A stretch of DNA of 64,000 nt, from assembly GCA_002084955.1 (NCBI GenBank), contig MZGJ01000004.1, positions 3,155 through 67,154 on the forward strand, in the 5' to 3' direction. Both the position numbers and the translations under genes were made by a program. Below are positions 9,884 through 17,713 of the stretch, in pieces. The notes beneath the pieces are model-generated. The model saw only the letters and a program-made list of their open reading frames with translations. It did not search any database and was not told the origin of the DNA. Each line of letters begins with the position of its first letter. Position 1 is the first letter of the stretch. This DNA is from a candidate division CPR3 bacterium 4484_211 (GTDB taxonomy: Bacteria > Patescibacteriota > 4484-211).

Positions 9884-10579
9884 TTGAAGATTTCTATGCG
9901 GACCTTTAGATTTAAGCAGTCTCCTAAACTTCTTTTGTTTTTTTGCGTCTTCACTATGGTAGTGGTTATTTTCTTTATTGTTTATCCTTGGGTTAAGGAA
10001 ATTGTCTCTATGCGGGCTGATATGGTGAAGGAGAGAGCTTTATTGGAACAAAAGCTTATTCCCAAGGAGAAGGCTCTCCAATCGTTAAATGAAGAAGATT
10101 TAGACAAGATGATTTTACAGTTGGAAGAAGCTTTGCCGTCTTTCCCTTATGAAGTTACGGCCCTGTCCGTACTTGAGTCAATTGCCGTCGCCTCTGGGGT
10201 GAACTTGGGTGGTCTAAATGCCGCGGTGGCGGGTACTGGTTCGGTTGCCGGGGTGGATGCGGTTGTTGTGCCGTTGTTAGCAGACGCGGACAGATCGCAT
10301 TTGGTTGCCTTTTTAAAAAATCTTGATCGGGCTAAAAGAGTTTTGGCTCTTGAGCAGATATCGTTGGAGACGGATGGAGCAGTACTTCATATGACGGCAC
10401 AGGCGCTTGCTCCTTATTGTGAAGTTCCAGGTGAGTTGGGTCGGGTGGAGGATCCCCTGCCTCAATTGACCGCCGCTGACGAGGAGGTTTTGAATAAGGT
10501 TTCTCAACTAAATCTTTACGGGGTTTCTTTATCCAGGGAAGGACAGCAGGTTCCCGCCGGGAAAGAAAATCCTTTCTAA
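9884..10579 (+). CDS. pilO: Type IV pilus assembly protein PilO-like
   Basis: 231 aa, N-terminal TM (LLLFFCVFTMVVVIFFIVYPWV), then coiled coil. Third gene of the pilMNO order. Confidence 0.45.
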   Translation: MKISMRTFRFKQSPKLLLFFCVFTMVVVIFFIVYPWVKEIVSMRADMVKERALLEQKLIPKEKALQSLNEEDLDKMILQLEEALPSFPYEVTALSVLESIAVASGVNLGGLNAAVAGTGSVAGVDAVVVPLLADADRSHLVAFLKNLDRAKRVLALEQISLETDGAVLHMTAQALAPYCEVPGELGRVEDPLPQLTAADEEVLNKVSQLNLYGVSLSREGQQVPAGKENPF

Positions 10580-10827
10580 TCTTTCTCTTCGGCCTCTTTT
10601 ACGTTAAGGAGGATGCGTTTTTTCTCCTGAAGGGCGATCACGTTTAAAAGATTACGGATGGATTTAACTGTCTTACCTCCCTTGCCGATAACCAGGGCGA
10701 TGTCCTCGGGGTGAATTTTAGCCGTAAAGGTGACCACATTTCCCTCTTCACTTTCCTCTTTTTGGATGTCTATGGAGTCGGGGTGTTTAACGATGTGTTG
10801 TAGGATAAATTCAAGTAGTTCCTGCAC
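10576..10827 (-). CDS. KH-domain RNA-binding protein (UPF0109/YlqC-like)
   Basis: 83 aa with VIGKGGKTVKSIRNLL (KH GxxG loop). Lies downstream of rpsP as in the conserved rpsP-KH arrangement. Overlaps the pilO stop by 4 nt (convergent). Confidence 0.7.
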   Translation of the reverse strand: MQELLEFILQHIVKHPDSIDIQKEESEEGNVVTFTAKIHPEDIALVIGKGGKTVKSIRNLLNVIALQEKKRILLNVKEAEEKD

Positions 10828-10914
10828 CGTGATTATGATATTAATATACTATTGTTCTTCAGTTCTTATTATCAGTATTTATTCGAATCATTAGTAGGCA
10901 TTCGTCCATTGGTG

Positions 10915-11142
10915 TCATATTGCCAAGATTTTTCTTACGCCCTCACTCATCTGTGCTCCCTTACCTGTCCAGTATTCAAGACGATCCTTTTTGTATTCTA
11001 GGCGGGGCGGGTTTATCTGAGGGTTGTAATGCCCGATGGTCTCTAAACAGCGCCCGTCGCGTTTGCGGCGTGCGTCAATTACAACTATACGGTAAGAGGC
11101 GTAATGTTTTCGTCCTGTGCGGGACAGACGGATTTTAAGCAT
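10915..11142 (-). CDS. rpsP: 30S ribosomal protein S16
   Basis: MLKIRLSRTGRKHYASYRIVVIDARRKRDGRCLETIGHYNP is canonical S16. The true start is the internal Met; the track ORF extends 30 codons upstream. Confidence 0.9.
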   Translation of the reverse strand: MLKIRLSRTGRKHYASYRIVVIDARRKRDGRCLETIGHYNPQINPPRLEYKKDRLEYWTGKGAQMSEGVRKILAI

Positions 11143-11152
11143 GTAGTGAATT

Positions 11153-11845
11153 CTATAATTTCTCCTCCCATTTTTCAAGTGCGTCTTTGGCGGCCTGGAT
11201 TTCAGCCTGTTGTTTACTGTTCCCCTCTCCAACTCCCATTAGTTTTTTGCCGCAGAAAACCGCCGCCTTAAAGTGCTTGGCATGGTCGGGACCCCATTCG
11301 TCGATTATCTTATAGGTTGGAGTAATTGACAAGGATTCTTGAGTTATTTCCTGGAGGTGTGATTTGGCGTCTTTATAAAGTTTTTGAGCGATAATGGTTT
11401 CTAGACGCGGGAGCAGGAATTTTTTAACAATTTCTGTGCATTTTTTAAGGCCGCTTTCCAGATAGCAGGCGCCCAGTAAAGCCTCAAAGGTATTGGCCAG
11501 AAGGTGCTCGGATTGTCTGCCGCCGCCTTCTTCTTCCCCCTTGGACAGGAGCAAATACTCTCCAAGTTTGAGTTCGGCGGCAGTCTGCGCTAGAACCCGG
11601 GTATTTACAATTGAGGAGCGGTAGTTGGTGAGTGTACCTTCGGGCTCGTCGGGATATTTGCGGAATAAATAGTCGGAGACAATTAGCTCCAAACAGGCAT
11701 CACCGAGAAATTCCAGTCTCTCATTGGATCCGAGATGGAAATCACGGTGCTCGTTAAGATATGAGCGATGAACAAATGCGTTGAGGAGCAGATCCTTATT
11801 TTTAAACTTTAGATTAATTTTTGATTCCAGTTCTAAGAGATTCAC
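11153..11845 (-). CDS. rnc: Ribonuclease III
   Basis: RNase III signature ERLEFLGDACLELIVSDYLF plus a C-terminal dsRBD (AKHFKAAVFCGKKLMGVGEGNSKQQAEIQAA). Confidence 0.9.
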   Translation of the reverse strand: MNLLELESKINLKFKNKDLLLNAFVHRSYLNEHRDFHLGSNERLEFLGDACLELIVSDYLFRKYPDEPEGTLTNYRSSIVNTRVLAQTAAELKLGEYLLLSKGEEEGGGRQSEHLLANTFEALLGACYLESGLKKCTEIVKKFLLPRLETIIAQKLYKDAKSHLQEITQESLSITPTYKIIDEWGPDHAKHFKAAVFCGKKLMGVGEGNSKQQAEIQAAKDALEKWEEKL

Positions 11846-11957
11846 GGAGATATTTTACTATCTAACATTTTGTCATTTGGCACTTCATAAGTACTTTATG
11901 GGTAGGTCATAAAAATGACAAATGGTCAAATGATAAATAGATGGATGGATATATTTT

Positions 11958-12437
11958 TCATTTTTCTTCCCCCATCTTTTCTACTATTGTCCCCAATACC
12001 CCGTTGATAAACTTGGAGCTGTTCGCGCCGCCGAATTCCTTGCCCAATTCTACAGCTTCGTCTATAACAACTTTGCGGGGAGGTGCTTTTTCTTGGGTGA
12101 GCTCTGATAAGGCCATTCTTAGTACGGTTAAATCCACAATGGCAATTTGGTCCAGCGGCCACTCCGGAGCCGCCTGCCCAATGATTTTGTCAAAATGGCG
12201 ATGGTATTTTATGACCTGATGGATAATTTTCTTGGCCAAATCTGCATCTAGGACATTTCCCGGCTGTTGACGAAAATCTGCGATCTGTGTCTTATAGACC
12301 AGCCGTGCCTCTTTTACTAGGCTTCTTTTTTCTTCTTTGCTCAGCTTTTTCTTTAGTTTGTAATTACTGGCCCAGGCAAAAAGCACTTTTAGGGCCAGTT
12401 GGCGTGCTCTATGGCGGGGATCTGTTGATTTTTTCAT
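11958..12437 (-). CDS. nusB: Transcription antitermination factor NusB
   Basis: 159 aa. RHRARQLALKVLFAW N-terminus and all-helical NusB-like pattern. Confidence 0.75.
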   Translation of the reverse strand: MKKSTDPRHRARQLALKVLFAWASNYKLKKKLSKEEKRSLVKEARLVYKTQIADFRQQPGNVLDADLAKKIIHQVIKYHRHFDKIIGQAAPEWPLDQIAIVDLTVLRMALSELTQEKAPPRKVVIDEAVELGKEFGGANSSKFINGVLGTIVEKMGEEK

Positions 12438-12627
12438 AATTGCACAGTTGCATAGTTGAACTCTTAAATGCTTCAGCTATGGCCGCATTTGCTTTTGGGT
12501 TTGATTGCAGCAGCAGATTCTTGCCGTGTGCCGAATGGTACTGCGGCTAGTCCGCAATCTTAAGCGCGCAGTAGGCCTGTAATTCAGTGATTAAAATAGG
12601 AGCCGCTTCTTGAAAAGGGCGAATTCG

Positions 12628-12678
12628 TGAAATGTCAAATTAAAAATGCCAAATGCCAAACCAAATCCAAATGACAAA
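12628..12678. repeat. AT-rich dispersed intergenic repeat (family 2), reverse orientation; core TTTGTCATTTGGATTTGGTTTGGCATTTGGCATTTTTAATTTGACATTT
   Basis: The reverse complement is 49/51 identical to 61322..61374. Related partial copies at 51276..51328 and 56149..56205. Confidence 0.6.
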
Positions 12679-12844
12679 TCTTAAACAAGGACCAAATCAC
12701 AATTTCTAAACTCTAAATACGGGAAAGTTTTGATTATTTAAATTCTGAATTCTGAATCCTGAATTTAGAATTTGTTTGTAATTTGGTGCTTGGTCATTTA
12801 TGATCTCTCCTTACTTCAGCTATGCGGCTTATGTAGCCAGGTAG

Positions 12845-13045
12845 CTATGTTTTATCCTCTTGCTTGGTCTTTACTGCCTGTTTTCCCTTGTAAAAACCAC
12901 AGTGTGGGCAGACTCGGTGGGGTAATTTCAATTTGTGACAGTTCGGGCACTCCGTATACAACTCTCGCTTCTGCTTTTTTCTCCAAGCGGATCTTCGGGT
13001 GCGAGTGCGGTGTTTGGATGGTTTCTTTTTTGGTACTGCTCCCAT
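12845..13045 (-). CDS. rpmF: 50S ribosomal protein L32 (zinc-ribbon type)
   Basis: MGAVPKKKPSKHRTRTRRSAWR...CPNCHKLKLPHRVCPHCGFYKGK. Confidence 0.85.
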   Translation of the reverse strand: MGAVPKKKPSKHRTRTRRSAWRKKQKRELYTECPNCHKLKLPHRVCPHCGFYKGKQAVKTKQEDKT

Positions 13046-13225
13046 GAAGAAAAGCCCAAAGCTCAGAGCGCAGAGTCCAAGACTACAGTTTAAAGCTGGA
13101 AGCTTTACCGGTCTTCAGCCTTTCCCTGATAATTTTGCATTTTATGCTCTGTGTTTTGCGTCTAATAAATTCCGTTGTAATTCACTCTGATGTCAGTTGC
13201 CGTCATAGCTAGTCGCAATTTTAAT

Positions 13226-13792
13226 TCAAACTTTGACTTTTGTCAAAAAGGATACTCCGGTTATTCCATAATTTCTGGTCTCTTCAAGGTTTAGCCCGAT
13301 GAGGGGTGGAACCTTGGTATCCTTGTGGTGCAGGTAAACTACCAAACCGTTTAACTTTAATTTTTCCGGCATTTTAGCTAAGGTATGGGTTATATTCAGT
13401 TCATAAGGCGGATCGGCAAAAATAAGGTGGTATTGGTTGGGCGGGCAGGAAAGAAGAAAGTTGTCGGCACTCATCCGGTGTATTTTAGTTTTGCCGAGGA
13501 AGGTTGAGTATTTGGCGTTTTGTTTTATGGAGCGGCAGGCTTCAATGCTGATATCAACAAAATCCACCCAACAGGCGCCGCGGGAGAGCGCTTCCAGCCC
13601 CAGGGAACCGGATCCGGCGTAAAGGTCAAGCACGCGGGCATTTTTAACCGCCTCATTGATAATGCTAAAAATAGCCTGCCGAACCATTCCCTTGGTCGGA
13701 CGAAGGTCTGGGACCGGCGGAATATGTAGTTGCTGTCCTTTGGCAAGACCTGCAGTGATGCGCACGATTAAAGCGTAGAGCTTAAGGTTCAA
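13226..13792 (-). CDS. rsmD: 16S rRNA (guanine966-N2)-methyltransferase RsmD
   Basis: LDLYAGSGSLGLEALSRGA (SAM-binding) and FADPPY motif. Confidence 0.85.
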   Translation of the reverse strand: MNLKLYALIVRITAGLAKGQQLHIPPVPDLRPTKGMVRQAIFSIINEAVKNARVLDLYAGSGSLGLEALSRGACWVDFVDISIEACRSIKQNAKYSTFLGKTKIHRMSADNFLLSCPPNQYHLIFADPPYELNITHTLAKMPEKLKLNGLVVYLHHKDTKVPPLIGLNLEETRNYGITGVSFLTKVKV

Positions 13793-13864
13793 AACTAAAA
13801 GTTACAGCGCAAAACTCAATGCGGTTGGCAGTGATCAAATGGTTCAGTTGCCTGATTAGTTTAA

Positions 13865-15943
13865 TCACTTTGGATTGTGATTTTGCGCTTTACACTTTAT
13901 CTGCCTATATTCTATCACAGCTTTTCTTGTTTTCTCGATCAATTCCAAATTTTCTAAACTGGCCAATTTTAGATCCCAGAAACCGTGTTGTTTAGTACCG
14001 AATAACTCACCGGGGCCGCGTATTTTAAGGTCAATTTCTGCCAATTTTAGTCCGCTTTCATATCTTTCCAGTGCTTTAAGACGTCTCTTGTGTTCTAAAG
14101 ATTTTTTGGAGGTAAAGAGGAGACAGTAGGCCTGTTGTCCTCTTCTGCCAATGCGGCCGCGCAGTTGATGTAAAGACGCCAGGCCAAAACGTTCTGCGGC
14201 CTCAATGACCATTATGTTGGCTCCGGGGATATCCAAGCCTACTTCCACCACCGGGGTGGATACGAGGATGTCAATTTTTCTTTGACGGAATTTGTTTAAA
14301 ACATCAGTCTTTTGGGCGCTTTTCTGCCGGCCGTGAATAAGCCCCAGCTTTAATTCTGGAAAAGTTTCCTTTTGCAGTTTTTGAAATTCTACGGTAGCCG
14401 CTTTGACCGACTGCAGGGTCTCGGCTTCGGATTCTTTGATTAAAGGGCAGATGATAAATGCCTGATGGTTGTGGGTTAAAATCTGTTCTTTAATCCAGGC
14501 CAGGGCGGCCTGACGTTTAAAAGAAGGAACAACCCAAGTCTTTACCGGTTTCCGGCCGGGAGGCATCTCGTCTAAGATGGATAGGTCTTGATCTCCATAC
14601 AAGGTTAGGGCTACAGATCTTGGTATTGGGGTGGCGGTTAGGCTTAAAATGTGCGGCAGGGCTATAGGGGCTGTTCCTTGCCGAGAAGGATTCCTGTTTA
14701 AAAAGTTTTCCTCCATTGCTTTTTTAACTAATTTGGCTCGTTGCTTTACCCCAAACCGGTGTTGTTCATCGATGATTACCAGTCCTACCTTGGAAAGTTG
14801 AGACTGGTCGTAGAGCAGGGCGTGTGTGCCGACAATGATATCGCCTAAATCTGACTTTAATTTGCCGGGTTTATGTGTACGAGTAAAGATTTGTATTTTT
14901 ATGGGTGCCTGGGAAAAAATTTCACTTAAAGTTTGATGATGCTGCTCGGCCAGAATTTCTGTAGGGGCCATAAAAACTGCCCGGAATCCGCTTAGGCAGG
15001 TAGCATAAGCGGCAATAGCCGCAACTACGGTTTTGCCCGAGCCGACATCTCCCTGTAAAAGTCGGTTCATGGGGGCTTTTTTTTGCAGGTCTTCTAAAAT
15101 TTCCTGACTGAGGCGTTTTTGGGCAGATGTAAGCTCAAAAGGAAGGGTACTGATAAGAGAGTTGATTTTATTTTTTGTTTGCCTAAGATCTAGTTGAAAG
15201 ATTGATTTTCTCTTTTCCCAGTTCTTCCGCCGAGCTAAAGTTTTTAATTGCAAATAAAAGAGTTCGTCAAAAGCTAGGCGGTAACGGGCTAGTTTCATTT
15301 GGCGGCGATTTTTGGGAAAGTGGATCCAGTAAAGTGCCTGGGGTAAAGAAAGGAGTTGAAATTTTTCCCTTAATTTATCGGGCAGGGGGTCTGTCAACAG
15401 TTTTGTTGAGGGTGACACCCCATTTATCCTATTTAAAACTGCTGCAATTCTTGATCTGAGCCATTTGGAGCTAATTCCTTCGGTTTCGGGGTAGATGGGA
15501 ATTAGTGCGCCCGTGTGGATTGTTTGCTTTGGCGGTTCCCCGGCAGGTTCAAATTGAGGGTTAATTAGGGTGAGTTGCTGGTTAAAAGGGTTTGTTTTCC
15601 CCGAGAAATGATATTCTTTGTTAATTTTTAGAGAGCGGGTGACCCAGGGCTGATTCCACCAAACTGCCTGAATAAAACCGGACTGATCTTTGATGAGGAC
15701 GGAAACAAAATGTTTCCCGGTCTTGGTGTGTTTTTGGGAAACTTGACTTACGGTTCCGGTTATTGTCACTTTCTCCCCTGCTCTCACCTGATTGATGGGT
15801 TTTATCTGTGAAAAATCTTCGTATCGACGAGGAAAATGGTAAAGTAGATCTTTAACAGTTCTAATTTCTAATTTTTCTAGCTTTTTGGCTTGGGCGGGGC
15901 CGATGAGGGGGATTTGGTCTACGGGATCAGAAAGTTTCAGCAT
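13865..15943 (-). CDS. recG: ATP-dependent DNA helicase RecG
   Basis: 692 aa. Helicase motif I DVGSGKTVVAAIAA, DEQHRFG (DEAH box), and an N-terminal wedge/OB region. Confidence 0.9.
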   Translation of the reverse strand: MLKLSDPVDQIPLIGPAQAKKLEKLEIRTVKDLLYHFPRRYEDFSQIKPINQVRAGEKVTITGTVSQVSQKHTKTGKHFVSVLIKDQSGFIQAVWWNQPWVTRSLKINKEYHFSGKTNPFNQQLTLINPQFEPAGEPPKQTIHTGALIPIYPETEGISSKWLRSRIAAVLNRINGVSPSTKLLTDPLPDKLREKFQLLSLPQALYWIHFPKNRRQMKLARYRLAFDELFYLQLKTLARRKNWEKRKSIFQLDLRQTKNKINSLISTLPFELTSAQKRLSQEILEDLQKKAPMNRLLQGDVGSGKTVVAAIAAYATCLSGFRAVFMAPTEILAEQHHQTLSEIFSQAPIKIQIFTRTHKPGKLKSDLGDIIVGTHALLYDQSQLSKVGLVIIDEQHRFGVKQRAKLVKKAMEENFLNRNPSRQGTAPIALPHILSLTATPIPRSVALTLYGDQDLSILDEMPPGRKPVKTWVVPSFKRQAALAWIKEQILTHNHQAFIICPLIKESEAETLQSVKAATVEFQKLQKETFPELKLGLIHGRQKSAQKTDVLNKFRQRKIDILVSTPVVEVGLDIPGANIMVIEAAERFGLASLHQLRGRIGRRGQQAYCLLFTSKKSLEHKRRLKALERYESGLKLAEIDLKIRGPGELFGTKQHGFWDLKLASLENLELIEKTRKAVIEYRQIKCKAQNHNPK

Positions 15944-16286
15944 AATTCAATTTTAGCATATTCTCCATGAATTCCTGCCTAGCCGGCGGGCAGGCGTAGA
16001 TGGGGTAGCGGCAATGCCTCAGTGCGGCATTGGTGGTTGGAAGAAACTATTTGAAGATTCTGCCATCTTTTTTCTAGCGGGCAAATAAACTAATGAGCGG
16101 CAAAAGAACCATGGAAAGAAGGGTGATGAAGATAAGAATAGTCCATAATTTTTGGTATTGATGGAAAAACTGCATAGATCTTGAATTTATTTTATTTAAA
16201 TTAACCCGGATAGCCCAGTATAAATAAAATTATAGCCGGGATATAACTTTAAGATTAAGCTGTGAATCTCCCTCGATAGGGTCTCG

Positions 16287-16321
16287 ATAGGGTGACACCC
16301 TTTTCAAGGGTGTCACCCTAT
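16287..16321. repeat. Hairpin repeat (family 3): ATAGGGTGACACCC-ttttcaa-GGGTGTCACCCTAT
   Basis: 13-14-bp perfect arms. Same arms at 48271..48305; half-site GAGGGTGACACCCC inside recG at ~15409. Confidence 0.6.
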
Positions 16322-16456
16322 TTGTGTTGATACTGAAAGCCATTCATTTGTCCCCTGACCGATGCCTTTCTGGATCATGCGTAATATTGGATTTGAGATT
16401 CTGCTCTTAAAAGCAAAATCTCAAACACGTTAGATCCTGCATGAAGCCGTTAACTA

Positions 16457-17668
16457 TTATGCCACTATTTTTACAAATTTCCTTTTGCCAACTTTAATTA
16501 CGGGCTTTTTGGTTGCATCTACGGTGAGTTCTGTGCTTGTTATTTTTTCTCCATTTACTTCTACTCCGCCCTGTTTAATTAGCCGCTTGGCTTCGGCTTT
16601 ACTGGAACAGAGATTGTAGACAGCCAGCAAATCTACGATATTGGTTTTATTTTTCTTAACTTTAATTATGGGAATTTCCTGAGGTATTTGGCCTTCTTGG
16701 ACCACTTTTTTAAAGAAAGCTTCGGCCTTTTCGGCTTCTTTTTCTCCGTGGTAAAATTTCGTTACCGTATAAGCGAGGAGTTTCTTTATTTCCATAGGGT
16801 TTTCTCCCTGATCCAACTGTTCTTGAAAATTGGAAATTTCTTCTTGCCCATAATCGGTGCACATCATGAGGTAGTTGATGATTAATTCGTCTTTTACAGA
16901 CATTAGTTTTCCGTACATATCTTTTGGTGAATCCCAAACATTAATGGTGTTGCCCAAACTTTTACTCATCTTGCGGCCGTCGGTACCCAAAAGCAAAGGA
17001 CAGGTGAAGACAAGTTTTTCTTTGTTTTTTAGCGATTTCATTAGGTTCCTGCCGGCAAGCATATTAAATGTTTGATCGGTTCCTCCAATTTCGGCGTCCA
17101 CATTCATGGCCACGGAGTCATATCCTTGCATCAACGGGTAAAAAAATTCGTGCAAGTAAATTGGCCTGTTTTGTTTAATTCTTTTTTGAAACATGTCGCG
17201 TTCAAGCATTTGTTGAACGGTAAAGTGTGAAGCCAGTTCAATTAAATCACCAAAGGCCAGTTTTGACAGCCAGGTGCTGTTAAATTTAATTTCGGCCGGA
17301 TTATCTCCTTTAAAGTCTATTAATATAGAGACTTGGTCTCTGTATGTTTGGGCATTTTTTTTAACTTCTTGGGGGGTCATTTGTACTCTGGCGGCCGTCT
17401 TATCGGTGGGGTCGCCGATCATGCCGGTGAAATCGCCGATCAGAAATATAACTTTGTGACCGAGGTTTTGAAATTCTCTTAGTTTACGTAAAACTACGGC
17501 GTGTCCGAGATGAATTTGCGGGCCGGAGGGATCAACGCCTATATAAATGGAAATTTGCTTGCCGCCAGTCAGCATTTTTTCGGCCGCCTCTTTTGATGGA
17601 TAGATGGAGTCGATGTTGTAAGATAGAAGATGGTCAAGTTGTTGTCGGGTTGGCTGTTTAATTCTCAC
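16457..17668 (-). CDS. tyrS: Tyrosyl-tRNA synthetase
   Basis: HIGH-type HLGHAV, KMSKS, C-terminal S4 domain. Confidence 0.9.
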   Translation of the reverse strand: MRIKQPTRQQLDHLLSYNIDSIYPSKEAAEKMLTGGKQISIYIGVDPSGPQIHLGHAVVLRKLREFQNLGHKVIFLIGDFTGMIGDPTDKTAARVQMTPQEVKKNAQTYRDQVSILIDFKGDNPAEIKFNSTWLSKLAFGDLIELASHFTVQQMLERDMFQKRIKQNRPIYLHEFFYPLMQGYDSVAMNVDAEIGGTDQTFNMLAGRNLMKSLKNKEKLVFTCPLLLGTDGRKMSKSLGNTINVWDSPKDMYGKLMSVKDELIINYLMMCTDYGQEEISNFQEQLDQGENPMEIKKLLAYTVTKFYHGEKEAEKAEAFFKKVVQEGQIPQEIPIIKVKKNKTNIVDLLAVYNLCSSKAEAKRLIKQGGVEVNGEKITSTELTVDATKKPVIKVGKRKFVKIVA

Positions 17669-17713
17669 TGTAAAGATTATAGCGGTTAGATTTTAATAGG
17701 GCAAGTTGATTGT

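Noticed and set aside
10915-11232. 105-aa form of rpsP with 30-residue N-terminal extension (MERGTVNNRLKSRPPK...)
   Set aside because: The S16 alignment begins at the internal MLKIRLSR; the extension is Arg-rich junk upstream of the true start.
12737-12772. Short tandem repeat TGAATTC/TGAATCC x3
   Set aside because: Only ~3 units in an AT-rich spacer; too short to interpret, so likely slippage noise.
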